Below are positions 1 through 10,834 of a stretch of DNA of 64,000 bases, piece after piece. The notes under the pieces are model-generated. The model was not told the origin of the DNA. It saw only the letters and a list, made by a program, of their open reading frames with translations, and searched no databases. Source of the DNA: Promethearchaeota archaeon (GTDB lineage Archaea > Asgardarchaeota > Lokiarchaeia > Sigyniarchaeales > SOKP01); the NCBI GenBank assembly GCA_008080735.1, contig SHMW01000011.1:23085-87084 (forward strand), read 5' to 3'. Every line of letters begins with the position of its first letter. The first letter of the stretch is position 1. The position numbers and the translations under genes were made by a program.

Positions 1-2
1 GT

Positions 3-122
3 TTTGTGATTGGAGACCGCGTTTCAACAAGCAAAAATTGGAAATTAAAAACAAAAATTATGAACAAAATAAGCAATTGGCTTAAGACAGCACGAATAAT
101 TCGCTTAGAATTTGTAGGATAA
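3..122 (+). CDS. partial CDS, 3' end of an unknown gene cut by the window edge
   Basis: Frame open from nt 3 (FVIGDRVSTSKNWKLKTKIMNKISNWLKTARIIRLEFVG) to TAA at 120-122, followed by AT-rich intergenic DNA; frame choice uncertain. Confidence 0.3.
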   Translation, partial: FVIGDRVSTSKNWKLKTKIMNKISNWLKTARIIRLEFVG

Positions 123-319
123 TTGATTTTATTTATATTTTTTACTTAAACCTCAAATATCTTTCATTAATCACGTATGAATAATATAACTATAATATAA
201 AGCTCATTTTCAGAATTGCAAATGACTATTATCAAATCAGAAAATATTAAATAGAATAAAGGAAAATCATATTTTATAATCCAAATTTTAACAATAAAAA
301 ATTAAATATCATAGATATT

Positions 320-1870
320 ATGTCACAAAGCTTACAAACCACTGAAACCAACGAAGATTTTGATGTGATAATAATCGGTGCTGGATTGGGGGGTTTAGGC
401 GCCGCTTGTCAATTAGGACTAAGCGATAAGAACGTTCTCTTACTGGAAAAGCATAATGTTCCTGGGGGATTTGCCACTTCATTTGTACGTGGGCGATTTG
501 AATTTGAAGGAGCGCTCCATATGCTAAGTGATATTGGAACACCTGAGGATCCCGGTGCTTTATATAGGTTTTTTAAACGAATTGGGTTAGTTCCCGATCT
601 TTTAAAGTTTAAACATATACCCGAATATTATAGAAGTATATTCTATGATGGGTACGACACAGTTATTCCATATGGAGTTGAAGAGTATTTCAATAAGTTG
701 TTAGAGTTATTTCCAAGTGAAGAGGATGGTATTAATAACTTTAGAGAAATATGCGAAGCAATCTATAACGGAATTCAATATATTGGTAGTCGTAGGGGGA
801 AGGTCTCGCAGAAAGACATTATCAAAGACCATCCGTGGATCGCAAGAGTCGTGGGACTAACCTTACAAGATATATTTGATAAATGCTTTAATAATAAACG
901 ACTTATTTCAGTTATCTCCCAGCCTTGGGGCTTTTTAGGGCTCCCTCCCTCAAGATGTAGTGCATACTCATTTCTCGGAATGACAATGAGCTATTTAGAC
1001 AAAGGTGGAGCTTTTCCAGAAGGTAGATCTCATGCATTAACCAGTGGTATGGTTAAATGTTTCCAGAAAATGGGGGGAACAGTAAAATTTAATGCTTTAG
1101 TAAGTAAAATTTTGTTGAAAAATGATAAAATATACGGAGTAGAATTGCTTGATGGTAAACGATTTCATTCAAAAGCAATAATCTCAAATGTGAATCCGAT
1201 TTGTACGATAATGCAATTATTACCGGATGGAACTATTCCAGAAGGTTATAAAAAAAAAATATATGCACCAGAAATAGGCCCTTCTGGATTTTCTGTATAT
1301 ATGGGTCTTAACGCGTCACCCCAAGAATTAGGGCTTAAAGAACATGAAACATTTATTAATAAGGATGATGATCTTGACGCAGCCTACGATAGTTTTAGGA
1401 AAATCAGAGATCCTAGATATATTGTTGCGGCATGTTATAATAATATAGATCCAACAATTTCTCCTCAAGGAACTTCACAATTAGTTCTAACCACCCTACA
1501 AATGGGAGATGAATGGCAAATCATCGCACCCGATCAATATCACAAAATCAAGGATAATTATGCTGATAAAATGATCCAGATGGTGGAAAATACTATTCTT
1601 CCGGACATCAGACAATATATCGAAGTAGCTGAAGTCGCCAGCCCTCTTACATATTATCGGTATTCAAAAAATTATAACGGAGCTATATATGGCTATCATC
1701 AAGACGTTTATAATAGTCCGATGATGAGATTAAAGAGCAAAACACCAATTAAAGGGCTCTATTTAGCGGGAGCATGGACAAATTTCGGAGGCGGTTTTTC
1801 TACATCTATATTGGGAGGCAGAGTCGCAGCTGGATTATATTTAAGTGATAATAAGGAGGGAGAAATTTAA
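320..1870 (+). CDS. phytoene desaturase/retinol saturase-like FAD-dependent oxidoreductase
   Basis: N-terminal Rossmann motif IIIGAGLGGL..LLEKHNVPGG; C-terminal GAIYG and TPIKGLYLAG motifs of the CrtI/CrtISO family. Confidence 0.85.
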   Translation: MSQSLQTTETNEDFDVIIIGAGLGGLGAACQLGLSDKNVLLLEKHNVPGGFATSFVRGRFEFEGALHMLSDIGTPEDPGALYRFFKRIGLVPDLLKFKHIPEYYRSIFYDGYDTVIPYGVEEYFNKLLELFPSEEDGINNFREICEAIYNGIQYIGSRRGKVSQKDIIKDHPWIARVVGLTLQDIFDKCFNNKRLISVISQPWGFLGLPPSRCSAYSFLGMTMSYLDKGGAFPEGRSHALTSGMVKCFQKMGGTVKFNALVSKILLKNDKIYGVELLDGKRFHSKAIISNVNPICTIMQLLPDGTIPEGYKKKIYAPEIGPSGFSVYMGLNASPQELGLKEHETFINKDDDLDAAYDSFRKIRDPRYIVAACYNNIDPTISPQGTSQLVLTTLQMGDEWQIIAPDQYHKIKDNYADKMIQMVENTILPDIRQYIEVAEVASPLTYYRYSKNYNGAIYGYHQDVYNSPMMRLKSKTPIKGLYLAGAWTNFGGGFSTSILGGRVAAGLYLSDNKEGEI

Positions 1871-1871
1871 T

Positions 1872-3059
1872 ATGATGGAAGATATCAAGAAATTTCGAGA
1901 GGTCGAAAAGCAAAAAAAATGGCGTGAGGAGGTCCAAGAAATACCTCCATATATCGATAAATTCGATCGATTAAACAAGAGAATACATCCGGAATCGCAA
2001 GAATTAAGGTTAACCGATATCAAGAAATTATCTCCCAACACTAAACTATATCGCTTCGTTTCGAATAATCCAAATAATCCATTAGCGGTTTTTAGAGCAG
2101 GTCAATATATCGGATTGAATGTAAATATTAATGGTGTGAGAACTGTCCGTCCATATTCAATTGTATCTTCCCCGAATCAAGCGGCATATTATGAATTGGG
2201 AATAAAGAGAAAAGAAGGTGGATTTGTAAGTCACTATCTTCTTGATTATGCTAAATTAGGTGATATATTTCAAGCAACAGAACCAATGGGTCAATTTCAT
2301 TATAATTCGCTTTTTCATGGAAAAGATCTGGTTTTTATCGCCGGTGGATGTGGAATTACACCATTTATGTCAATGATACGATATTTTACGGAATTGGATA
2401 ATGATATAAATATAGAAGTACTTTATGGATGTTTAAATGAATTGGATATCTTGTTTCGAGAAGAATTGGACGATCTTAGCACAAGGAGAGAAAAATTTGA
2501 TATCAAATACGTGTTATCCGAAGCACACTCAGAATGGGGTGGACTTTGTGGGTTTATTACAAAAGATATCATCGAACATAACATCAAATCATTTAAAGAG
2601 AAGTTCTACTATATCTGTGGAAGTAAGGATATGTATGAATTTATTTTGAAGGAGTTAGAGCGATTATTAATTCCACGTCATCATATTATTTTTGAAGCCT
2701 TCGGAGTACCTGATGACGTTAGTAAAATAATGGGATGGCCACAGTCTCTAAATTCTTCAAATCTTTTCCAGATAACTATAGAATATATTGATGAGGGTCA
2801 AAACAAAGAAACAATATTTGAAGCAAATAGTACAGAGCCGCTTCTGAATAGTATTGAGCGTCAGAAAGATCTTCCTATTTCAATTAAAAGCGGATGTCGT
2901 TCTGGGATATGCGCATTATGTAGGACAAAATTGCTTTCTGGAGAGGTATTTGTTCCACCAGATGTAACTATTAGAGAAGTCGATAATCAATTCGGGTATA
3001 TCCATCCATGTGTTTCATATCCAATCTCAGATTTACACTTAGACCTGAAGATGATATAA
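1872..3059 (+). CDS. FAD/NAD-binding ferredoxin reductase with C-terminal 2Fe-2S domain (PaaE/Hcr-like)
   Basis: RPYSI, FIAGGCGITPF, YICG and CRSGICALC...C motifs; start moved to ATG 1872, after GGAGGG and the previous stop. Confidence 0.85.
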   Translation: MMEDIKKFREVEKQKKWREEVQEIPPYIDKFDRLNKRIHPESQELRLTDIKKLSPNTKLYRFVSNNPNNPLAVFRAGQYIGLNVNINGVRTVRPYSIVSSPNQAAYYELGIKRKEGGFVSHYLLDYAKLGDIFQATEPMGQFHYNSLFHGKDLVFIAGGCGITPFMSMIRYFTELDNDINIEVLYGCLNELDILFREELDDLSTRREKFDIKYVLSEAHSEWGGLCGFITKDIIEHNIKSFKEKFYYICGSKDMYEFILKELERLLIPRHHIIFEAFGVPDDVSKIMGWPQSLNSSNLFQITIEYIDEGQNKETIFEANSTEPLLNSIERQKDLPISIKSGCRSGICALCRTKLLSGEVFVPPDVTIREVDNQFGYIHPCVSYPISDLHLDLKMI

Positions 3060-3127
3060 AATAAGGTAAAAAAAGAATTTTTTCATTCTCTCTTCATTTT
3101 TAGTATGCTTTTCAGGTAATAAGAAAT

Positions 3128-3535
3128 TTAAAGGAATTCCGTATCTATATTTTGTAAAGAGTTTACAATTTCTTGGGCTGCTCTCGTTGCTCTCATTAAT
3201 TTTGCCATGTTTCCCGTTAACTTTAATTTTCCACTCATTACTCCTTGTATGGTGTCAAGCTCACCTTTGGCCACTTTAACAAAATTATCGTAGGGTCCCG
3301 CTAAAATAAATTCACACTCCGGATTATCTCCTTCTTTAATAATATGCGTTCCGGTACACTCACCTTTATGAAGTCCTAAAAAAAATTTCACATCATGATC
3401 TAAAGGGCCACTTGGCTCCACATGTACTAACATATCACCCGTCCACCAAGCAGCAGCTTCTTTATACGCGGGATTATTATTGATAGCCTTACCAAATTCC
3501 TTAACCCACTCCTCACTCAATATTTTGACTGCCAT
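3128..3535 (-). CDS. SCP2 sterol/lipid-binding domain protein
   Basis: LSEEW..N..Y N-terminus and C-terminal MSGKLKLTGNMAKLM signature of SCP2 domains. Confidence 0.85.
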   Translation of the reverse strand: MAVKILSEEWVKEFGKAINNNPAYKEAAAWWTGDMLVHVEPSGPLDHDVKFFLGLHKGECTGTHIIKEGDNPECEFILAGPYDNFVKVAKGELDTIQGVMSGKLKLTGNMAKLMRATRAAQEIVNSLQNIDTEFL

Positions 3536-3656
3536 TTTATTCCATCACATAAGTAAAATATTATTCTAAAGGAATTTTTGTCGTGATTCTATTTAAAAGT
3601 ATGTTAATCCATTAAAAAAGAAAATAAAAAACCAAAAAAGAAAGTAAAAAGGTAAG

Positions 3657-5507
3657 TTATATGTTATCTAAATCCAATTCTTCCAGTTTTTCCGGACTTG
3701 GATACCCTGTTTCTGGATCCCAGTCTCTCACTTGAAAATATAGTTTTTTCAATTTTTCAAAATCAGGAGTTTTTCCCGCAGAACCTCCCTCTTCTAAAGG
3801 TTTTAACAGAATCTGGGGTAATTTTTCATCCTCTGGTGTCAACCCCATTTTCAGATTAAAGAGGCGTTTCATTGTATAAATTCTCTCTCCAGTGGTTTTT
3901 ATCCGTTCAATATCAAATTCTAAACCAGTTGCAGTTTCAATCACCTTGGCAACCATATCCGGCGGAGGATTACTGAAAATACACAGCACGAGGGAATTAT
4001 AAAGAGAACGATAATCATACTCAATAGCACAATTTTTTGCCATTATCTCATCATCGCTATATTTATCTACCAATTCGATTCCTAAATCTTGAAATGGGAG
4101 TCCTAACAACACCATATACATATCACACGCACAATGGCAAGGACCTCGAGTTGTACCAACAGAATAAGCTAAAGCCATTCCCCATGTATGGCGCAGATCA
4201 TGATAAGGGACTTCTTGTCCGATTGCAGTCGCTATCTCATCTTGGGATATACCAAATTTCTCACCAACCGCATCCGACCCTTCAGCTAAAATGTCCCCAA
4301 AACCCTCCCTAAAAACCATCTTCTTTACCATTTCTAAAGCAGGTTCAATCTCTCCCCATTCTGGTTCAAGACCATCAATATCATCGGAAGATATCTTGCC
4401 ATTGTTATATAGATAATATACAAATGCGATTGTACCTCCTCCACTTATAGTATCAATTCCATAATCATTACATAATGTATTCGCTTTTACAATAGATTTA
4501 AGATCATCGTTTAAAATCAATGAGCCGAAACTGACTATTGTTTCATATTCTGGAGCTTCCACTTCCCCTTCAAAAGCATACTCTCCCTCAGCTACGGACG
4601 CCTTATGAGCACAACCAATTGGACAAGAATAACAAGGATATTGCTTAGTGTAGATCATTTCCGAAGCGGTTGCACCAGAGATATTAAATGCACCATCCCA
4701 CTCTCCTTGCGTCCAATATTTAATCGGAAGTTCACCCTCCATATTATATTTGTCTACACCACCGGGAGTTCCCAGCATTCCGAACATTTGTGTGGTGAAT
4801 GAACTGTTAACATTATCGATCATTTCACTCACTGCTTCTTTATATTGATCTGGCTTTGCAGCTTCGAATTTCTTCTTTGGACCTCTGACAGCAATCGCTT
4901 TCAATTTTTTGGATCCCATTACCGCCCCGATCCCAGTTCTCCCCGCAGCTTTCTCCTCTGAGGCGATGGTGGCAAATTTGATTAAATTCTCGCCCGCTTG
5001 CCCGATACATGCCACTCTTGTTAAATTGGTTCCAGAATCTTCTTTAATAATATCATGGGTTTCTAAGGTTCCTTTGCCCCATAAATGGGAAGCGTCTTTC
5101 AATTCTGCTTTTTCCTCTGTTATATTAAGATAGACAGGTTCATCAGAGGCACCTTTTATGATAATCCCATCATATCCAGCTTTTTTTAATTCAGGTCCAA
5201 AATAACCTCCACAGTTAGCTTCACCCCAAATGCCTGTGTAAGGTGATTTTGAACATACCGTAAATCTCCCAGAGGTAGGAGCATTGCTTAAACACAATGG
5301 ACCAGTCATAAACATTAGAATGTTATCTGGGCCTAATGGATCGGTTTCTTCTTCAATGAAATCATAAAGATATCGTACAGCATATCCCGCAGCTCCCAGA
5401 AAATCCTTCGCAATCTCTACGTCGAGCGGAATTTCTTTTATCTCCTTGGATGTTAGGTCTATTTCTAAAATCTTCCCTATAAATCCTTTTATATCCACAT
5501 AAATCAC
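3657..5507 (-). CDS. aor: tungsten-dependent aldehyde:ferredoxin oxidoreductase family protein
   Basis: GKILEIDL, KSPYTG, AAGRTGIGAVMGSKKLKAI, CYSCPIGC, PEYET and DTIS motifs; the start may be GTG at 5498. Confidence 0.9.
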   Translation of the reverse strand: MIYVDIKGFIGKILEIDLTSKEIKEIPLDVEIAKDFLGAAGYAVRYLYDFIEEETDPLGPDNILMFMTGPLCLSNAPTSGRFTVCSKSPYTGIWGEANCGGYFGPELKKAGYDGIIIKGASDEPVYLNITEEKAELKDASHLWGKGTLETHDIIKEDSGTNLTRVACIGQAGENLIKFATIASEEKAAGRTGIGAVMGSKKLKAIAVRGPKKKFEAAKPDQYKEAVSEMIDNVNSSFTTQMFGMLGTPGGVDKYNMEGELPIKYWTQGEWDGAFNISGATASEMIYTKQYPCYSCPIGCAHKASVAEGEYAFEGEVEAPEYETIVSFGSLILNDDLKSIVKANTLCNDYGIDTISGGGTIAFVYYLYNNGKISSDDIDGLEPEWGEIEPALEMVKKMVFREGFGDILAEGSDAVGEKFGISQDEIATAIGQEVPYHDLRHTWGMALAYSVGTTRGPCHCACDMYMVLLGLPFQDLGIELVDKYSDDEIMAKNCAIEYDYRSLYNSLVLCIFSNPPPDMVAKVIETATGLEFDIERIKTTGERIYTMKRLFNLKMGLTPEDEKLPQILLKPLEEGGSAGKTPDFEKLKKLYFQVRDWDPETGYPSPEKLEELDLDNI

Positions 5508-5747
5508 TTTTATTTCTAAATTTAATGAAACTAAATTCTTTACTATATTAGTATGTTGTTTTATTGTTATTTTTTTTGTTTAAAAAATTATCTAGAAGAG
5601 ACATCCCTCGAAATATCTTTAATTTTTAAGGAAGGAATAATCTTCATCAGCAAATCTTTGAGTTACAAAATTTAAATTTAATAGAATGCCATTATAATTT
5701 AACAATTAAATTTTATAAAATTAACACGAAGAGGAGTAAAAATTCAA

Positions 5748-6944
5748 ATGTGGTATTTTTATTCGCCAAATATTATTTATGGGGAAGATGCTCTTGACTT
5801 CATGGAAAATATTAAGGGAAATAAATGTTTTATTGTAACTGATAAGATTCTCGAAGAACTCGGGTACTTAAAGATATTAACTGATAAATTAGATGAGTTG
5901 GGAAAAGAATATGAAGTTTTTAGCGAAGTAGAACCAGATCCTAAGGCAGATGGCGTGCTAAAAGCTAGAGAACAATGCATTGAATACGCTCCAGAGTTAA
6001 TCATCGCCCTTGGAGGAGGTTCTGTTATGGATACCGCCAAGACGGCTTGGGCTCTCTATGAATTTCAGGATATGACTTTAGATGACCTTCATCCGTTTAA
6101 TCCTCAATTATATCAAGTTGGCGAGAAATCAGATCTGGTTGCGATTCCTACAACCTCTGGGACTGGAGCGGAGACGACCTTTGCGGTTGTTGTGTCAGTT
6201 GAGGAACAAGGGATGTGGAGAAAATCAATTCAAGCTCATAAAGGATTAATTCCCACCTTTGCTATTGTCGATCCTAGGTTTCCAGCAGGTATGCCTCCAA
6301 AATTAACCGCAGATACAGGCTTTGACGCATTAGCACACGCACTTGAAGGGATGGTTTCTAGTTGGAAGAATGAATTCAGTTATGCGTTAGGGTTGAAGGC
6401 AATTGAAATGATCTTTGAATATTTGCCTATTGCCTATAGAAACGGTGATAATATGGAAGCGCGAGATATGATGCACCAAGCTGCCACGATGGCAGGTCTT
6501 GCATTCGGAAATGGACAAGTACATATCGGTCATACACTCGGGCATAGTTTAGGTACAATCTTTCACACATCTCATGGCCGGGCTGTTGGTATTTTTCTCA
6601 AATACGTGACTCAATTTTGTCTCAATAATCCTGATGGGAATGAATCTGTAAATATTTATTCCAAAATGGCGAAACAATTAGGATGGGCGAACTGGGATGA
6701 TCCGGATGAGAAGGCGGCCAATTCCGTAATTGATAAAATAAAAGAATTAGAAGAAAAGGTCGATATACCTCATAGTTTTAAAGGCGTTGGTCTCTCTAAA
6801 GATAAATATGAGGAAAACATAGATAATATGGTGCAACTCTGTTTTATGGATGCAAGCGGTACGATGGCTCCAAGATCACCCAATAAGGCGGATTTTGAGA
6901 AACTGTATCGGTATGCCTATGAAGGAAAGGATGTAGATTGGTAA
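5748..6944 (+). CDS. iron-containing alcohol dehydrogenase
   Basis: ALGGGSVMD, IPTTSGTGAE, DALAHALE and H..GH..G....HG metal ligands; RBS GAGGAG upstream. Confidence 0.92.
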   Translation: MWYFYSPNIIYGEDALDFMENIKGNKCFIVTDKILEELGYLKILTDKLDELGKEYEVFSEVEPDPKADGVLKAREQCIEYAPELIIALGGGSVMDTAKTAWALYEFQDMTLDDLHPFNPQLYQVGEKSDLVAIPTTSGTGAETTFAVVVSVEEQGMWRKSIQAHKGLIPTFAIVDPRFPAGMPPKLTADTGFDALAHALEGMVSSWKNEFSYALGLKAIEMIFEYLPIAYRNGDNMEARDMMHQAATMAGLAFGNGQVHIGHTLGHSLGTIFHTSHGRAVGIFLKYVTQFCLNNPDGNESVNIYSKMAKQLGWANWDDPDEKAANSVIDKIKELEEKVDIPHSFKGVGLSKDKYEENIDNMVQLCFMDASGTMAPRSPNKADFEKLYRYAYEGKDVDW

Positions 6945-7020
6945 TTTAGTAAATAATTTCAAGTCATTCTCTCTTTTTTTTAACCACAAATAGATATTTC
7001 TTTTTAACCTAAATGCATTT

Positions 7021-9282
7021 TTAATAAGACTTTTTTATCGGGATTGAAATATAGAAAGTAGATCCTTGATTTCTTCCTTGAGACTCCATCCAGATTTTAC
7101 CCCCATGAAGTTCAATTAATTCTTTCGAAATATACAAACCTAATCCCGAACCATTAATTTCTAAGTCTAACCCTTGGCCATAGCGCTCTATTTTTCCGAA
7201 TTGAGTAAATAATAATTTTTTTTCAGCCTCAGTGAATCCAACTCCGGTATCATTTATTGATATTATATAGTAATCATCTTTTTTTTCCGATTTTATGCAA
7301 ATTTCTCCATTTTCAGGAGTATATTTTATTGCATTTGATATCAAATTATTTAAGACTTCATAGATCTTTTCTTTTTCAAAATAAGTTTCAAGTTTATTGT
7401 GTAAATCTAGCTGGATCTTTTGACCCCTCTTCTCTGCTAGGGGTTTTAATTCTTTTATAGTATATTTTATTAAAAAAACCAAATCCTCCTTTTCTTGATT
7501 GAGTTTAATTTTTCCAGATTCTAACTTAGAAGCTTCAATTAATTCTCTAACTAAATCTTCCAATCGTTTAGTTCCCTCCTTTATATTATGAGCAATCTTT
7601 AATATATCGTATGAAAGCTCATCTTGATATACCTCGAGTAAAAAGTCTGCATATCCCTTAATAGAGATTAAAGGAGTCTTAAGTTCATGAGTAATTCTCC
7701 GCAAAAAATCCGATTTAAGCTTATTGACTTTTTCCAACTCTTTTTGAATATTCTTTTTATCGGTTATATCGACAATAGTCACAAAAGAGGCATCTCTACC
7801 TTTATATGTAATATCTTTATAGAAAATATCAATCCATTTTACTTCACCAATGGAGGTGACCCCCCGAAATTCATAATGATTTCTTGCTTTTTTAGGATTG
7901 GTTTTTCTCAGTAGCATTTGTTTTTTAACATATTCTAAATCATCTGGATGGATATATTTTTGAAAATCACTTGCTCTTTTATCCATCAAATCTTTCAGAT
8001 CAAATTCAAATATATCTGCCCATTTTTGATTTACATATTTTATAGTATTATCTTGGACTATTTGAATTCCAGTTGAAGATTGTTCTGCGAGGCTTTTGAA
8101 TAAAATTGCTGTTTCTTCCAAATCTTGTTCCATTAACTTTCTATCTGTGATATCAATTAAAATAATTAGATTGGCTTCTTTTTCATCATAAAGTATTTTC
8201 TTCGTTTGACTTTCAACCCAAAACACCTCCCCTTCATTATTTACTATTCTAAACTCATAGGGTTCAAACTCTTTCGAATCATTCGCCGTTCTTTTAGTGT
8301 ATTGGCCCATTACTTTATCTCTGTCATCAGGATGGATGAATTCGGACAGAGTTCCGATATCAAAATGTTCCACTTGTGTTTCTTTAAGTCCTCCAAATTC
8401 TAATGCTTTTTTATTGATGAACTTTAGCTCTCCATCTTGAACAATTTGGATTCCAAGAGAAGATTGTTCAGCTACTTTTCGAAATTTTTCCTCCGACTCT
8501 TCCAATCGCTTCTTAATATACTTTTTCTCAGTTACATCTATTACCATACCTATATATTTGGAGATCTCTCCATTCTGATTGAAAACTGGAATCGCATGGT
8601 CTAATATATGTCGAGTTTCTCGCGTCTTTTTATGTATAATTCGAAATTCACTATTGTAATTCTCTTTATTTTTAAACGCTTTAAGATAATCATCTACAAA
8701 TCTCCTTCTATCTTCTGGATGCACTATTTTGAACATTAACCTGGGATCATCACAAAATTCTTGAAGTGAATATCCCGTCCATTTTTCAAACTTTTTTGAC
8801 ATAAATTCTATGGTTCCATTCACATCGGTGTAAACAGAATATACAGCGAGAGGGAGGTTTTGAATGAGGCTCCGATATTTTCCTCCGACCTCAAAGAATC
8901 GGTTTTCTAATTCTTTTTCTTTTTTAATGCTTTTGGTAAACATTAAAACGTAATCTTGAGGTAGAAATTCGTAATTGATCTGAAGAAATTCTTCTTTTTC
9001 GATGGTGAGAGGTTTATAGGGTAGTTCTTCTTCAATAGAAATTTTCTTATCAAGGCATCTCTTTAAATTACGTAGAATATGTGGTTTATCTTTAAAAATT
9101 ACAGTGGCTTTCTCTCCTTTAATCTTTTTAATTTTTTGATTAGTCAGCTCGATTGCGGATCTGTTGTAATTAGTTAAAATAAAATCTTCCTGCCATCTTT
9201 TCCAAATAAAGCAAGGTAAAGGGATGGCATTAAATAGAAATCTCATTTTTTCTGGTTTATCGAATAATGAAGATTCATCCAT
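7021..9282 (-). CDS. multi-PAS sensor histidine kinase (cytoplasmic)
   Basis: Three HP(E/D)D PAS/PAC repeats, H-box HELKTPL, N-box NAIKY, G-boxes DTGVG and GSGLGL. Confidence 0.93.
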   Translation of the reverse strand: MDESSLFDKPEKMRFLFNAIPLPCFIWKRWQEDFILTNYNRSAIELTNQKIKKIKGEKATVIFKDKPHILRNLKRCLDKKISIEEELPYKPLTIEKEEFLQINYEFLPQDYVLMFTKSIKKEKELENRFFEVGGKYRSLIQNLPLAVYSVYTDVNGTIEFMSKKFEKWTGYSLQEFCDDPRLMFKIVHPEDRRRFVDDYLKAFKNKENYNSEFRIIHKKTRETRHILDHAIPVFNQNGEISKYIGMVIDVTEKKYIKKRLEESEEKFRKVAEQSSLGIQIVQDGELKFINKKALEFGGLKETQVEHFDIGTLSEFIHPDDRDKVMGQYTKRTANDSKEFEPYEFRIVNNEGEVFWVESQTKKILYDEKEANLIILIDITDRKLMEQDLEETAILFKSLAEQSSTGIQIVQDNTIKYVNQKWADIFEFDLKDLMDKRASDFQKYIHPDDLEYVKKQMLLRKTNPKKARNHYEFRGVTSIGEVKWIDIFYKDITYKGRDASFVTIVDITDKKNIQKELEKVNKLKSDFLRRITHELKTPLISIKGYADFLLEVYQDELSYDILKIAHNIKEGTKRLEDLVRELIEASKLESGKIKLNQEKEDLVFLIKYTIKELKPLAEKRGQKIQLDLHNKLETYFEKEKIYEVLNNLISNAIKYTPENGEICIKSEKKDDYYIISINDTGVGFTEAEKKLLFTQFGKIERYGQGLDLEINGSGLGLYISKELIELHGGKIWMESQGRNQGSTFYISIPIKKSY

Positions 9283-9623
9283 TATAAAACCCCTGATTCC
9301 TTTTATTCTACAAAAATTAAATGTAAATAATCTGCAAAAATAGTACCACTTATTATTTTTATAACCTTTCTTTTAAGAGGATTTAATTACTAATTTAGAG
9401 AATTTTTATAAAATTCTTTTTTTAATGGTTTCATAAATATAGCAAAAAAAATGATTACATTTATAAAGCAAACTGATCACTATCGTAACTTAGATTATTT
9501 ATCTCACTATTATAGATTCAGATATTTTTTTAATCAGCTATCGACTTAATTTATACTTCCAAAGGTTCTCTAGTAGAGATAATTCTGAATGGATAAAGTT
9601 TAGTGAAGAAATTTCATTACCAT

Positions 9624-10273
9624 ATGAATTTTAAAATAATTGATCCTGTTCTTAATTTAGAGCACCCCAGCGTCCAGAACGTATTAAATATTGCACAAGA
9701 TATTTTAGATCAGAATTCCGAAATTCCGAAATAAATGAGATTCTTTTTTCTGGGTTTATAAATGCGGTACAGCATATGAGTAAGGAAGTTATGGATGTAG
9801 GAGGATTATTGGATATAAACATGGAAAAAGGTATAATGATTTTACACCATTCTCGCAATATTACCGTTGGATTAGTAGCTTCAAAATCGTCAAAGTTACT
9901 GAGAGAATCTTTATTAAAATTTTCAATGGATTTTGAAACTAAATTTAAATTTGAATTAAATCAATCAATTAAAGAGATGAATGCTTATAGCGGTGCTTGT
10001 GAGCTAATCGAGAAATATTTTTCAAACTTTCCATATCGAATTTTTACAAACAAGAAACAACCCTTATTACTTTCGGGAAAATTTACTCAGATTCCTAAAG
10101 AATTGGACGAGAGGATAAAAACTACATTTCCTGATGAAAAAGAGTATGAATTCATTAAATCGGAATTACTTAAAGTTCCTCTCTATACTTATTCGGAATT
10201 TGAAAATTTATACAATGAATTACAAGATGAGATGAAAAAAATTCCTAAAAAAGAATTTCACTTTCTGGATTGA
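9624..10273 (+). pseudogene. longin/roadblock-like domain protein, apparently frameshifted near the 5' end (in-frame part 9776-10273)
   Basis: Domain-like sequence EILFSGFINAVQHMSKEV begins upstream of the first in-frame ATG (9776). ATG 9624 joins this frame if one copy of the tandem AATTCCGA (9714-9729) is removed. Confidence 0.5.
9714..9729 (+). repeat. 8-nt tandem duplication AATTCCGA x2
   Basis: Read directly: aattccga aattccga. Confidence 0.9.
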
Positions 10274-10368
10274 GAAACCAATTGATATGATAATCATTTT
10301 TCAGTTTATAAAATACCAAAAATGTATAACTAAAAATCCGAAAATAATAATCAAAAAAAAAAAAATGA

Positions 10369-10818
10369 TTAGATTGGTTTAAAATATTCAATATCCGTGA
10401 TCTTTTTCTGACGTCGATCTTTAAAGACAGCTTCAACTCGCATACCCTTTTTAAATTTCTCATGATCAGATTCATTGATAATATGCACGAATCCTGTATC
10501 GGCACCGTCCAGAACAATGATTGCGTATCCAAAGGGCGGTTTTAAAGGCATAACATCGGTTGAGTGGTTGATAATTGTAAATCCTTCAACGGTTCCTTGC
10601 TTTCCTACTTCCGTCCACTCTTCCATTTTTTCAAAACACTCAAAACATACCATTTTTGGAGGAACATATACCTTTCCGCATTTTGGGCATTTCACACCCA
10701 TGATTTTATCTTCCTTTCCGATAGCTTCCATAAATCTCTCAACATAATCACCCGCTGTATGCTTATAAGGAACCTTAATTCTTCCTCTATATATTTTTTT
10801 CTCCTTTTCTTCACTCAT
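10369..10818 (-). CDS. Zn-ribbon/OB-fold DUF35 (ChsH2-like) thiolase partner
   Basis: CPKCGKVYVPP..CFEC, GTVEGFT and GMRVEAVF motifs. Confidence 0.92.
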   Translation of the reverse strand: MSEEKEKKIYRGRIKVPYKHTAGDYVERFMEAIGKEDKIMGVKCPKCGKVYVPPKMVCFECFEKMEEWTEVGKQGTVEGFTIINHSTDVMPLKPPFGYAIIVLDGADTGFVHIINESDHEKFKKGMRVEAVFKDRRQKKITDIEYFKPI

Positions 10819-10834
10819 TTTTATTTACCTCCTT

